A stretch of DNA of 64,000 nucleotides from positions 62,879-126,878 of the forward strand of contig JADZFR010000022.1 of NCBI GenBank assembly GCA_020849795.1, written 5' to 3'. The stretch's first letter is position 1. Each line of letters opens with the position of its first letter. The stretch is from Planctomycetota bacterium (GTDB lineage Bacteria > Planctomycetota > UBA8742 > UBA2392). Below, piece by piece: positions 9,040 to 18,738 of the stretch. A program made the position numbers and the translations under genes. The notes beneath the pieces are model-generated. The model was not told the origin of the DNA. It did not search any database and saw nothing but the letters and a program-made list of their open reading frames with translations.

Positions 9040-9085
9040 TTGCCGCGGCCTGTACTTCGATGCATTGAACCGTGAGGGTTGATCC

Positions 9086-10714
9086 ATGCCAGCCAAGCAA
9101 ATCGTATTCGACGCAGAAGCTCGCGAAAAACTTGCCCGGGGTGTTGAGAAACTAGCCCAGGCCGTGGTCTCCACGCTCGGTCCCAAGGGTCGCACGGCTG
9201 TCCTGGACAAGGGCTGGGGCGCCCCCAACATCACCAAAGACGGTGTAACAGTCGCCGAAGAAATTGAGCTGCAGGACCCATACGAAAACTGCGCCGCGCA
9301 AATGGTCAAACAGGTCGCCAGCAAGACCAGCGACACCGCAGGCGATGGCACCACTACGGCAACGCTGCTTGCGCAGGCGATTTTCACGGAAGGCATTAAG
9401 CACACGATGGCCGGCGCGAACATTGCCGGCATTCATCGCGGCATCAACAAGGGCGTGGAAGCTGCAGTCGCGTTCATCGAGAAGATGAAGCGCCCGGTTG
9501 AGGGCAAGAAGGACATTGCGTTCGTTGCCAGCATCGCCGCCAACAACGACCCCCGGGTCGGCAAGATCATCGCGGACGCCCAGGAGAAGGTCGGCAAAGA
9601 CGGCGTCATCACCGTCGACGAGAGCAAAACCGCAGAAACGCACGTGGACTGGGTCGAGGGCATGCAGTTCGACCGTGGCTACCTGTCCCAGCACTTCGTC
9701 AACAACACCGAAAGTGTGACTGTCGAGTTCGACAAGCCGCTGATCCTGGTGCATGAAGACAAACTCAGCAGCGCACAGCCGCTGGTGCCGCTGCTTGAGC
9801 AGGTCAGCAAGGCCAACCGCCCGCTGCTGATTATCGCCGAAAGCGTAGAGGGCGAGGCCCTGAGCACGCTGGTCGTGAACAAACTGCGCGGTGTACTGAA
9901 CGTGGCGGCTGTGAAGGCACCCGGCTATGGCGACCGCCGCAAGGCAATGCTGCAGGACATCGCGACGCTGACCGGCGGCAAAGCGATCATGAAAGATCTT
10001 GGCGAGAAGATTGAAGACATCACGATCAAGGACCTTGGCACTGCCAAGCGCGTGGTGATCAACAGCGAAGATACGACAATCATCGAAGGGGCAGGCAAGA
10101 CCGCCGACATCAAGGCGCGCTGCGAAGAAGTGCGTCGCGAGATCAGCATCACCAACAGCGACTACGACCGCGAAAAGCTGCAGGAACGCCTGGCCAAACT
10201 TGCGGGCGGCATCGCCGTCGTGAAGGTCGGCGCGTCAAGCGAGCCTGAAATGAAAGAGCTCAAGGCGCGCGTCGAAGACGCGTTGCACAGTGTGCGCGCA
10301 GCCACCGAAAGCGGCATTCTGCCCGGCGGCGGCGTTGCGCTGCTGCGGGCGTCGATCGCCCTGGAAAAGACCAAGGCCGCGGATGCGGATGAACAGACCG
10401 GCATCGACATTTTGCGCGTCGCGCTTTCACGCCCGATCAAGCAGATTGCAGAGAATGCGGGCCGCCACGGCAGCGTCATCGCGCGCAACGTGCTGGCCGA
10501 AAAGAGCGCCAGCTACGGCTACAACGCCCTTACCGACAAGTACGGCGACATGTACGAAATGGGCATCGTCGACCCGCTGAAAGTCACGCGCAGCGCCCTG
10601 CAGAACGCAGCCAGCGTGGCGGGCCTGATGCTGACCACGGACGCGATCATCACCAAGGTTGAAGAAGATGAGCCGGTGGACATGGGCCACGGCGACGAAG
10701 AAATGGACTACTAA
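9086..10714 (+). CDS. groEL: Chaperonin GroEL (Cpn60), copy 1
   Basis: Full-length GroEL signature (AGDGTTTATLLAQAI, GILPGGGVALL, VDPLKVTRSALQNAASVAGLMLTT). The C-tail is acidic (HGDEEMDY), not GGM repeats. Confidence 0.97.
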   Translation: MPAKQIVFDAEAREKLARGVEKLAQAVVSTLGPKGRTAVLDKGWGAPNITKDGVTVAEEIELQDPYENCAAQMVKQVASKTSDTAGDGTTTATLLAQAIFTEGIKHTMAGANIAGIHRGINKGVEAAVAFIEKMKRPVEGKKDIAFVASIAANNDPRVGKIIADAQEKVGKDGVITVDESKTAETHVDWVEGMQFDRGYLSQHFVNNTESVTVEFDKPLILVHEDKLSSAQPLVPLLEQVSKANRPLLIIAESVEGEALSTLVVNKLRGVLNVAAVKAPGYGDRRKAMLQDIATLTGGKAIMKDLGEKIEDITIKDLGTAKRVVINSEDTTIIEGAGKTADIKARCEEVRREISITNSDYDREKLQERLAKLAGGIAVVKVGASSEPEMKELKARVEDALHSVRAATESGILPGGGVALLRASIALEKTKAADADEQTGIDILRVALSRPIKQIAENAGRHGSVIARNVLAEKSASYGYNALTDKYGDMYEMGIVDPLKVTRSALQNAASVAGLMLTTDAIITKVEEDEPVDMGHGDEEMDY

Positions 10715-10761
10715 CCAGGCACGGGTGTTCACCGTGACCGCCTTCTATTGAGGATCGAGCT

Positions 10762-11055
10762 ATGGCAACCAAACTTCGTCCCCTGGACGACTACATTGTG
10801 ATCAAGCCGGCCAACGCCGAAGAAGTGACCGCGGGCGGAATCGTGTTGCCCGACACGGCGCAGGAAAAGCCGCTGAAGGGCGCAGTGGTCGCCACGGGCC
10901 CCGGCCGCATGCTGAAGAATGGCAAGCGCCTCGAGCCCAGCGTGAAGCGGGGCGACACCGTGATGTTCGGCAAGTACAGCGGCAGCGATGTGAAGCTGGA
11001 CGGCATCGAACACAAGATCATGCGCGAAGCGGAAATCCTGGCCATCATTGAGTAG
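10762..11055 (+). CDS. groES: Co-chaperonin GroES (Cpn10)
   Basis: LRPLDDYIVIKP...TAGGIVLPDTAQEKPLKGAVVATGPG. 97 aa. Confidence 0.97.
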   Translation: MATKLRPLDDYIVIKPANAEEVTAGGIVLPDTAQEKPLKGAVVATGPGRMLKNGKRLEPSVKRGDTVMFGKYSGSDVKLDGIEHKIMREAEILAIIE

Positions 11056-11091
11056 ACGACTGAACCGAACGAAAGAGCTGAGGACACTCAG

Positions 11092-12699
11092 ATGAGCAAA
11101 CAGATCCTGTACGAAGTGGAAGCCAGCCGCAAACTTGCCGATGGCGCCCGCAAATTGGCCCGCGCTGTCAGCGCGACCATGGGCCCATCGGGCCGCAATG
11201 TCATCATGCAGAAGTCATTCGGCGCGCCGACGGTCAGTCGCGACGGCGTGACCGTCGCCAAGGACATTGAACTCGAGGACCCCTTCGAGAACATGGGCGC
11301 GAAGCTGGTCATGGAAGTTGCCTCCAAGACCAACGACGAGGCTGGCGATGGTACCACCACGGCCACGGTGATTGCCGATGCAATCATTGAAGAGGGCCTG
11401 CTGATGGCCGGCCACGGCCACAACCCGCAGGACATCAAGCGCGGGATTGATAAGGGCGTCGAAGTCGCCGTGCAATGGCTGAAGGACAACACGAAGAAGA
11501 TCAAGAACGCCGACGAACTGAAGGCCGTGGCCACGATCAGCGCCAACCAGGACGCCGAGATTGGCAAGCTGATGGCTGAGGCCATCGACAAGGTCGGCGA
11601 CGAAGGTGTGGTCACGATCGAAGAGGGCAAGGGCCTTGAGACGGAACTGTCCTATGTCGACGGATTGCAGTTCGACAAGGGTTATCTCAGCCCGTACTTC
11701 ATCACCAACGCCAATGAGCTGTTGGCCGAGTACGACAACGCCAAGATCCTGATTTACGAAAAGAAGATCAGCAGCGTGCGCGAGCTGTTGCCGCTGCTTG
11801 AGAAGGTCTCCGGCACGGGCTCGCCGCTGTTGATCATTGCCGAAGACATCGAAAACGAAGTGCTGGCCATGCTGGTTCTGAACCGCTTGCACGGCCGGTT
11901 GCAGGTTGTTGCGGTCAAGGCGCCCGGCTTCGGCGACCGCCGCAAGCAGATGCTTGAGGACATTGCCATCCTGACCGGCGGCCAGTGCATCACGGAAGAC
12001 CTGGGCCAGAGCCTTGAAAGCCTCGACATCGGCGTGCTGGGTACGGCCAAGCACATCGAGGTCGACAAGGACAACACCACCATCATTGAAGGCGGCGGCA
12101 AGAAAAAGGCCGTCGAGGACCGTATTGCCCAGCTGCGCACACAGGTCGGGCAGAGCACGAGCAACTACGACAAAGAAAAGCTGCAAGAGCGCCTGGCCAA
12201 ATTGACTGGCGGCGTCGCGCAGATTCAGGTCGGCGGCCTGACTGAAGCCGAAATGAAAGAGCGCAAGTTCCGCGTGGACGACGCGCTGAACGCAACCCGC
12301 GCCGCAAAGCAGGAAGGTGTAGTCGCCGGTGGCGGCGTGGCATATCTTCGCGCCTCAGTGGCGATTCGCGCCGCGAGCTACAAGGGCGACGAGAAAGTTG
12401 GCGCCGAGATTCTGGCCAACGCCCTGGAAGCACCCTGCCGCACTATCGCCAGCAACGCGGGCTACGACGGCACCGACGTGGTCGAGACGCTCAAAGAGAG
12501 GAAGAAGGACAACGACGGCTTCAATGCGTTGACCGGCGAGTACGGCGACATGTTCAAGTTCGGTATCATTGACCCGACCAAGGTCGCCCGCTGCGCAATC
12601 CAGAATGCAGCCAGCATCGCGGGTTTGATGCTGACCACAAACACACTCGTCACCGACCTGAAGAAGAAGGACAAGAAGATCGCCGGCGCCACGGCATGA
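11092..12699 (+). CDS. groEL: Chaperonin GroEL (Cpn60), copy 2
   Basis: Full-length GroEL (AGDGTTTATVIADAI, GVVAGGGVAYL, IDPTKVARCAIQNAASIAGLMLTT). The C-tail is basic (KKKDKKIAGATA), not GGM repeats. Confidence 0.97.
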   Translation: MSKQILYEVEASRKLADGARKLARAVSATMGPSGRNVIMQKSFGAPTVSRDGVTVAKDIELEDPFENMGAKLVMEVASKTNDEAGDGTTTATVIADAIIEEGLLMAGHGHNPQDIKRGIDKGVEVAVQWLKDNTKKIKNADELKAVATISANQDAEIGKLMAEAIDKVGDEGVVTIEEGKGLETELSYVDGLQFDKGYLSPYFITNANELLAEYDNAKILIYEKKISSVRELLPLLEKVSGTGSPLLIIAEDIENEVLAMLVLNRLHGRLQVVAVKAPGFGDRRKQMLEDIAILTGGQCITEDLGQSLESLDIGVLGTAKHIEVDKDNTTIIEGGGKKKAVEDRIAQLRTQVGQSTSNYDKEKLQERLAKLTGGVAQIQVGGLTEAEMKERKFRVDDALNATRAAKQEGVVAGGGVAYLRASVAIRAASYKGDEKVGAEILANALEAPCRTIASNAGYDGTDVVETLKERKKDNDGFNALTGEYGDMFKFGIIDPTKVARCAIQNAASIAGLMLTTNTLVTDLKKKDKKIAGATA

Positions 12700-12733
12700 G
12701 CAAGCGCCAGGGCCGGCTGCGCAGAAAGTAAGG

Positions 12734-12762
12734 GCCCGGGGGGAGCAACTCCCGGGCTTTTC
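12734..12762 (+). terminator. Intrinsic terminator after groEL copy 2
   Basis: GC stem gcccggg...cccgggc followed by ctttt. Confidence 0.65.
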
Positions 12763-12814
12763 ATTGAGAGCGGAAACCGAAGGTCAAACGCAGGGCGAAC
12801 ATCAGGAGATTGCG

Positions 12815-13165
12815 ATGGGTAAGCGCATGATAGCTGGTCTGGCGATTGGCGCGCTGGCGGTAGTGCTGGCATGGGGCGGTATCTCCATGACTCGGCCGGA
12901 GCCCGTCAACGCGCAGCGCGCATCCGGCTTTGAGTACGGGTTTCTGCTGCCCGTGCCCAGGCTGGAAAGCTACGACATCGACCTCGGGCGCTGGGCAGCC
13001 AAGCCCACCGACAAGGAATACCACAACGCGCTGGTGTTCCCTTACGAAGAGGGCAGCAACACTTTTGAACGGCGCGTGAATTGCCTGCGTCGCTTGAACG
13101 GGCTGTCGGCAGATGGCTGGGAACTGGTGGACGCAGAAGCAGGGCTGCTGCGTCGCGCAAAGTAA
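12815..13165 (+). CDS. Small membrane-anchored protein, unknown function
   Basis: ATG 12815 is preceded by AGGAG (12804-12808). TM/signal segment [16 protein letters not shown]. The stop overlaps the dnaJ ATG (TAATG). The track ORF starts at 12764. Confidence 0.5.
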   Translation: MGKRMIAGLAIGALAVVLAWGGISMTRPEPVNAQRASGFEYGFLLPVPRLESYDIDLGRWAAKPTDKEYHNALVFPYEEGSNTFERRVNCLRRLNGLSADGWELVDAEAGLLRRAK

Positions 13166-14286
13166 TGGCCAAACGCGACTACTATGAAGTGCTGGGTGTG
13201 GCCAAGAACGCCGGCAAGGCCGAGATCAAGAAGGCCTATCACAAGCTGGCGCTGAAGTTCCACCCTGACCGCAACCCCGGCGATGCCGAGGCCGAAGGCA
13301 AATTCAAGGAAGCCGCTGACGCATATTCGATTTTGTCCGACGACGACAAGCGCAAGCAGTACGACACCTACGGCCATGCCGGCAACGGCTTTCCCGGCGG
13401 CGGTTTCAGCAACGTGGAGGACATTTTCAGCGCCTTCAGCGAGATCTTCGGGGGCAGCAGCGTGTTTGGCGACTTTTTCGGCGGCGCGGCCAAGTCACGC
13501 ACCCGCGGCCGCCGGGGTGCGTCGCTGCGCTGTACCATCGAGCTGGAATTCAGCGACCCGGTTGAAAACACGCAGAAGACCATCACCATCCGCAAAGCCG
13601 AAACCTGCGACACTTGCAGCGGCAGCGGCGCCAAGCCCGGCACCAAGCCCGACAACTGCCCGCAGTGCAACGGCGCGGGCGTGGTAATGACAAGCGCGGG
13701 CTTCTTCAGCATGCGCAGCACGTGCCCGCGTTGCGCGGGGCGCGGCGAGGTGATCAGCGACCCGTGCACTCCATGCGGCGGCACCGGGCGCGTGCTGAAG
13801 GACAAAGAAATTACGCTCAAGCTGCCGGCTGGCATAGAAGATGGCATGACGCTGCGCGTAGGCGGTGAGGGTGAAAGCGGTGAAAACGGCGGCCCCGCCG
13901 GCGACCTGCTTTGCGACGTGCATGTCAAGCCGCACCCGTTGTTCAAGCGCGCCGGTGCGGACGTCTATCTTGAGCTGCCGGTTGGATTTGCCCAGGCGGC
14001 ACTCGGTGCCAAGCTTGAGGTGCCGACGTTGCGCGGCCGCGCCGACCTGAAGGTGCAACGCGGCACCCAGGCAGGCACGGTGACGCGCATGAAGGGTGAA
14101 GGCTTTCCAAGGCTGGATGGGCACGGGCGCGGCGACCAGCTGGTCGAGATCGTGATTGAGGTGCCGGAAAAGCTGACCAAAGAGCAGGAAAAGCTGCTGC
14201 GCGAGTTTGCGGAAACTGAAGAGCAGAACATATCTCCGGAGAGAAAGTCATTTCTGGACAAGGTCAAGAAACTGATCAGCAAGTAG
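13165..14286 (+). CDS. dnaJ: Molecular chaperone DnaJ
   Basis: [12 protein letters not shown] start. J-domain HPD ([10 protein letters not shown]), a G/F-rich linker, and four CxxCxGxG motifs ([32 protein letters not shown]). The track ORF has a spurious extension to 13081. Confidence 0.95.
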   Translation: MAKRDYYEVLGVAKNAGKAEIKKAYHKLALKFHPDRNPGDAEAEGKFKEAADAYSILSDDDKRKQYDTYGHAGNGFPGGGFSNVEDIFSAFSEIFGGSSVFGDFFGGAAKSRTRGRRGASLRCTIELEFSDPVENTQKTITIRKAETCDTCSGSGAKPGTKPDNCPQCNGAGVVMTSAGFFSMRSTCPRCAGRGEVISDPCTPCGGTGRVLKDKEITLKLPAGIEDGMTLRVGGEGESGENGGPAGDLLCDVHVKPHPLFKRAGADVYLELPVGFAQAALGAKLEVPTLRGRADLKVQRGTQAGTVTRMKGEGFPRLDGHGRGDQLVEIVIEVPEKLTKEQEKLLREFAETEEQNISPERKSFLDKVKKLISK

Positions 14287-14311
14287 TTCGGCCAGCGGCG
14301 CGGGATGGAAG

Positions 14312-14965
14312 ATGGCAATGCCCGAAGAAAACCAGAACGAAGTTGTGCAGGAAGGCGACCCACGCGAACCACACGCGGCGGATGAGGCGCTGCACAACCA
14401 GCACGATGCCGAGACGGCCGAAGCAGCCCTGCGCGGTGAACACATTGCCGGGGAAGACCTGTCGCCGCGCCAGAAAGCCAAGAAGCTTCGCAAGCTTAGC
14501 GACGAAGATCTGGTTGCGCTGGCGGAACAGGCGGCCAAAGCCGAGCACTGGCTTGACGTGGCGCGGCGTGGACAAGCCGAGCTGGATAACACGATCAAAC
14601 GCCTGCGCCGCGAGCAGCAGGAGGCCGCGCGCTATGAAGGCAGCGCGATGGCGCGCGACCTGCTGCCGGTGATCGACAATCTGACGCGGGCGCTGGAGGC
14701 CGGGGCCAAGACGCAAGACTTCGCGGCGCTGTATGCAGGCGTTGAGTTGATCCGCAAGATGTTCATTGACGCTCTCGCCCGCCATGAAGTTGAGCCGATT
14801 GCCGCCGAGGGCACGGCGTTTGACCCGGCGTTTCACGAGGCGCTGATGATGGACACCCGCGCCGATATGCCCGACAACGTGGTCACCGCCGAGCTTGAGC
14901 GTGGCTGGAAGATGCGCGACCGCGTGCTGCGGGCCAGCAAGGTGCGCGTCAACAAGCGCGGTTAG
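14312..14965 (+). CDS. grpE: Nucleotide exchange factor GrpE
   Basis: Acidic N-terminus, then a coiled coil, then a GrpE core (LLPVIDNLTRAL...GTAFDPAFHEALM...V..E...G....DRVLR.S.V.V). Confidence 0.9.
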   Translation: MAMPEENQNEVVQEGDPREPHAADEALHNQHDAETAEAALRGEHIAGEDLSPRQKAKKLRKLSDEDLVALAEQAAKAEHWLDVARRGQAELDNTIKRLRREQQEAARYEGSAMARDLLPVIDNLTRALEAGAKTQDFAALYAGVELIRKMFIDALARHEVEPIAAEGTAFDPAFHEALMMDTRADMPDNVVTAELERGWKMRDRVLRASKVRVNKRG

Positions 14966-14998
14966 GCCGAGTTCAGGAATCTGCAGCGGAGCAGCAAC

Positions 14999-15277
14999 AT
15001 GCCAACCTACGACTACCAGTGTCCCGACTGCGGCCACACCTTCGAGGCGTTTCAGGGCATCAAGGAAAAACCCCTGAAGGCTTGCCCCAAGTGCGGCAAG
15101 CGCAAGGTCAAGCGTCTGATCGGCACCGGCGGCGGACTGATTTTCAAGGGCAGTGGCTTCTATTTGACCGACTACGCGCGCAAAGGCGGCGAGCCAAAAC
15201 CTGAGTCAAAGAGCGAAACCAAACCCGCCGAGACCAAGGCGTCCGAGAGCAAGCCGACCGGCACCAAGAAGGACTAA
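14999..15277 (+). CDS. FmdB-family zinc-ribbon protein
   Basis: MPTYDYQCPDCGHTFE...CPKCG is the canonical FmdB/CxxC-CxxC N-terminus. Confidence 0.8.
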   Translation: MPTYDYQCPDCGHTFEAFQGIKEKPLKACPKCGKRKVKRLIGTGGGLIFKGSGFYLTDYARKGGEPKPESKSETKPAETKASESKPTGTKKD

Positions 15278-15281
15278 GCGT

Positions 15282-15506
15282 CTGGCCAAGGCCCGCACAA
15301 AGCGCTGCACAGAGTGCCACAAACGCTTCACATACAAGAGCGTGTCAGATCACGCGTGGTTTCCTTTCTGCAGCGAACGCTGCAAGACCATCGACCTCGC
15401 ACGCTGGTTCACGAACAAGTACGGCTTTGTCGAAGACTTGGGCCGAGGCCATGACATGAAGACCGGCGGCATGGAAGCAATTCAGGATTCCGATCCGCCG
15501 GACTGA
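15282..15506 (+). CDS. yacG: YacG-like zinc finger (DNA gyrase inhibitor family), non-canonical start; absent from the ORF track
   Basis: My own translation of the frame that is open from 15168 to the TGA at 15504-15506 gives ...KRCTECHKRF...AWFPFCSERCKTIDLARWF... This matches the YacG pattern CxxC...PFCSxRCxxIDLxxW. There is no in-frame ATG/GTG/TTG upstream of the first Cys pair. CTG 15282 has GAAGGA 8 nt upstream. Confidence 0.55.
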   Translation: MAKARTKRCTECHKRFTYKSVSDHAWFPFCSERCKTIDLARWFTNKYGFVEDLGRGHDMKTGGMEAIQDSDPPD

Positions 15507-16672
15507 CCTGCCGGGGCCTGCGCGCCCAGAACAAGCCTGCGTGTGACGATCGTGGCGAAGCTGCCGCGCGGAAGCTCGAAACCCACCTGCACTTTTGCTC
15601 GACCATCGTTCAGCTCGTCCGGTAGTGCCGCCTCCATCGCGAAGTTTGCGGGATACATCAGTGCGCGGCGGGACGCAGCCTTGAATCGTGTGCGCGGCAA
15701 GCCCTCTAACTTGAGTTGTGCGAGGGTGACTCCTTCCTCGGCGAGCACCGCCTCGACGTGCGGTGCGGCTGCGGGAAATTCTGCCAGCCGCGTCGAAGGG
15801 CCAAGCAGCGGCAAGTCCAGTTCGCGAAGTGTCTCGTGATCCGCGCGATGGAACGCAATCTCGCCGGATCGGTTGCGCAACACTTCATGCTCGGGGCAGC
15901 TCGCGGCAATCAGCCGTGTCAGCACACGGTTGAAAAGGTAACTCTGGTACGCAGCGACGAAGAGTGTGCGCAGGGTCGGTGTGATGCGCTCGAAGCAGCC
16001 GGCCCAATCGCCCGGGTGCTCCTGCAGGTAGGCCACCAATGCGCGCTCGGGTGAGCGTGTCATCTGGTCGTGCAATGTTGCCCAGTCGCCCCAGTGCTCG
16101 ATCGCCAGCCGCCGGTTGGTCTTGTCCCGCATGCTCTGCTTGCGGTGGGGGGCCGCCAGGTGAAGGCGGACAGCTTCCTCGAAGTTGCCCCGAGCGAGGG
16201 CCTTGGCGATAAACCCCTGCCCGTGTGCGATGCCGCCGAAGCGCTGGTTGTCGTAGTAGTTCGGCACGCCGGCGCGCTGCAGCTCGGCTGCATTTGCCGG
16301 CAAGACGGCCAGTTCTGCCTGGCTGAGATTGCGCAACACGATGCGAAACCGATTGCCAAGGATGATCGCAGCGGTCACGGGCGCGCGCGTCTTGCCAACA
16401 AAGCGGAGCTCAAGACGCTCGTCGCCCGTGTCGGATTTGAGCGGCCGCGTCGAGCTGAAAAGTTGACGCGTCAAGCCGTGCTTGTCCTTGAGGCCGGCGG
16501 CGGACAGGTCGCTGGCGCGCAGCTTGTTGCGCTTGGCCAGAATCGAGAGCGCCTCCAGCGTTGCCAGCGAGCGCTTGGTGAGCTCATACACGAAGTGTGC
16601 GCCCGCGGGGTCTGGTCTGAAGTCAGCGGATTCTTCGACGATGAAGTCTTCAGGGCGGGTCTTCAGCTTCAT
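15482..16672 (-). CDS. truD: tRNA pseudouridine(13) synthase TruD
   Basis: N-terminal KTRPEDFIVEE, plus YYDNQRFG and the overall TruD layout. The 3' end overlaps the YacG-like ORF by 25 nt (convergent). Confidence 0.88.
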   Translation of the reverse strand: MKLKTRPEDFIVEESADFRPDPAGAHFVYELTKRSLATLEALSILAKRNKLRASDLSAAGLKDKHGLTRQLFSSTRPLKSDTGDERLELRFVGKTRAPVTAAIILGNRFRIVLRNLSQAELAVLPANAAELQRAGVPNYYDNQRFGGIAHGQGFIAKALARGNFEEAVRLHLAAPHRKQSMRDKTNRRLAIEHWGDWATLHDQMTRSPERALVAYLQEHPGDWAGCFERITPTLRTLFVAAYQSYLFNRVLTRLIAASCPEHEVLRNRSGEIAFHRADHETLRELDLPLLGPSTRLAEFPAAAPHVEAVLAEEGVTLAQLKLEGLPRTRFKAASRRALMYPANFAMEAALPDELNDGRAKVQVGFELPRGSFATIVTRRLVLGAQAPAGQSGGSES

Positions 16673-16703
16673 GCAACAAGTAGAAGAGTGGCGCTATCGC
16701 GCG

Positions 16704-18737
16704 TCAACCGGAACGCTTGTTGGCGTACTCAAGCAGCCGCAACAAGCCGCTGTTCAACTGGCGGTCCGGGGCAAATGCCTTCCAGTTTGCGAGTGCGGTC
16801 GCGGCAGGCTTGAAGCTGGATTCGCCAATCAGTACCGCGCCGTACAGTGCCCATGCCTCGGCATCCAGCTTGATGCCGCCATCCTTGCCGCCCTGTTCGC
16901 AGTGTTTGCGCAGCGCTTCAAGGTGGCCGGCGTACACCTGCGCGCTGGCATAGCCGTCCACGACCAGCAACTGGAACGCCTTGCCATCGGCCATGGCGGC
17001 CTGCTGCTCATCCAGGAGCTGCACGAGTCGCAAGTAGCCGTCGTTGTAGTCCGCGAGTGCAAAGGCACAGCGCAGCAAGGAAAGCGTGATGTAAGGCAAC
17101 TTGGCGTCGGCCTCGGCGGCCTTGAGATAGGCATTGCGCGCGCCCTCGAAGTCGCCGGCCCGGAACAGTTTGTCGGCCTGGCCCTGCAGCGCACGGGGCG
17201 ACGGGTCTTCGCGTACCCCATCCGGTGTCACGTCCTGCAGGAAGGCTTCCTCGGCAAGGATGCGATCCAGGGACTTCACCATCTCGTTCGTGGGCAGCTC
17301 AATTTTGGCGACGACGAGCTCTTCGCGTGCCGCGCGGTAGCGGCCGCGGGTTACTTCAATCCATGCATTGACGAGGCGCGGAAGCGCAGCATTCGGGTCG
17401 GCGTTGCGGCGGTCGATCACGGTCTTGTGCCACGCATCAAACTGCTCCGAGCGTCCGAACAGGTCTCGCACAGCGTTCAGCCGCGTGCGATCTTCCCGCG
17501 AGGCCTTCTCGAACCATGTCTGCAATGCAACGGCCGCGTCCAGAAAGTCGCCCTTGCCGATCAGCACAACAAACACCAGCCGATAGACCTCATGCTCAGC
17601 GCCCGCAGTAACCAGCGGGTCGAGCACCTTGAGCGCGGCTGCGTAGTCTGCCCGGCGGATATGGCGCCGCGCATCTTCCAGGGTGCCCGGCGTCGGCTGC
17701 GGCGCATCCGGCAGCGGTGTCGGCGCGGCGGGGCCGGTGTCTGCTCCAGCGGGATCCGCAGCCAAGCCGCGCTGTTCTTGAAACGACTTGAGGTCGTACG
17801 CGAAGCGATCCAGCTTGTCGGCCACAAGCACGCGCACCGCGGCATCCGATGCACTGGCATGATAACCCGCGCAGAACAACAACAGCGCGGCAAGCTGCAG
17901 ATCCGCTTTCGTGGGCTGGGCCAACGCAAGCAGGGCGCGGCCGGCGCTTGCGCATGCTGCGGGTGCAGGCTTCAGGTCATGCAGCCACGGAAAAAGGCTC
18001 TCAGGCGCGTATCGTGCAAGCGCCCGTGCCAGCATGTGTCGCGCCACCGGCACATCTTGTGATGCGGCAAGCGCAATCGCCATGCCGGTGTAATGCTCGG
18101 CTGGGCCGGGTGTGTCCAGCGCGGCAAATGCGAACGAGCGCGTCGCGTCGGACCAGTCGCCGGTGCGCAGGCTGTTGATGCCGCGTTGGCGGCTGCGGTC
18201 GTCGCTGTTGCCAGAAAGGCGGGAAGCTTGCGTGTCGCTGCCGGCTAGTTCCTCGGCACGTACCAGAAATGCAATTGCGCGCCGCCTGTCCTGGTCGATC
18301 AGCAGCAATGCGCCGGTCAGGAAGCACATCTCGGAGTCGGCTTCGGCGCGTAGGGCAAGCTGAGTGAGGCGCATACCCACGTCGGCGCCCGGCATACGCG
18401 AAGCCAGAGGGGGAAGACCCACGATCGCGCCAGGGTCCACCGCCAGTGCGCGCCGCATGTAACGCGCCGAGTCGTCAAACTGCCCCATCCAGAACAAGGC
18501 AAGACTGAGTTGTACGTTTTCGCGTGCGCCCATCGGGTTGGCTTTCAACGCGTTGACGGCGTACCTGGCGCTTTCCCGGTTGCCGTCGAAGAGCGCACTT
18601 TGCGAACGCTTCAGCCAATCGATCGCCTCAACCTCCGGCCCTTCCGCGTTGAGGCCGGCGGCCAGAAGCATCAGCAATGCAAACAGGGGCGCCACTCGGG
18701 CAAGGGGCGCCCCCTGGATGATGCAGTTCCGGTTCAT
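16704..18737 (-). CDS. Secreted TPR-like repeat protein, unknown function
   Basis: Start trimmed to ATG 18737 (MNRNCIIQGAPLARVAPLFALLMLLAAGLNA signal peptide), 1 nt after the stop of the upstream lipoprotein gene. All-helical repeats. The track ORF extension to 19148 overlaps that gene. Confidence 0.6.
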   Translation of the reverse strand: MNRNCIIQGAPLARVAPLFALLMLLAAGLNAEGPEVEAIDWLKRSQSALFDGNRESARYAVNALKANPMGARENVQLSLALFWMGQFDDSARYMRRALAVDPGAIVGLPPLASRMPGADVGMRLTQLALRAEADSEMCFLTGALLLIDQDRRRAIAFLVRAEELAGSDTQASRLSGNSDDRSRQRGINSLRTGDWSDATRSFAFAALDTPGPAEHYTGMAIALAASQDVPVARHMLARALARYAPESLFPWLHDLKPAPAACASAGRALLALAQPTKADLQLAALLLFCAGYHASASDAAVRVLVADKLDRFAYDLKSFQEQRGLAADPAGADTGPAAPTPLPDAPQPTPGTLEDARRHIRRADYAAALKVLDPLVTAGAEHEVYRLVFVVLIGKGDFLDAAVALQTWFEKASREDRTRLNAVRDLFGRSEQFDAWHKTVIDRRNADPNAALPRLVNAWIEVTRGRYRAAREELVVAKIELPTNEMVKSLDRILAEEAFLQDVTPDGVREDPSPRALQGQADKLFRAGDFEGARNAYLKAAEADAKLPYITLSLLRCAFALADYNDGYLRLVQLLDEQQAAMADGKAFQLLVVDGYASAQVYAGHLEALRKHCEQGGKDGGIKLDAEAWALYGAVLIGESSFKPAATALANWKAFAPDRQLNSGLLRLLEYANKRSG

Positions 18738-18738
18738 G

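Noticed and set aside
8755-9085. Searched for a CIRCE/HrcA operator (TTAGCACTC-N9-GAGTGCTAA) upstream of groEL. I also searched 10715..10761 and 12700..12815.
   Set aside because: No match or near-match was seen by eye. Only the sigma54-type element and the TGATCA boxes stand out.
10717-10732. aGGCAC-gggtg-TTCAc just upstream of groES.
   Set aside because: It lacks the -12 GC and the T of TGGCAC. It also sits inside an operon with only a 47-nt gap.
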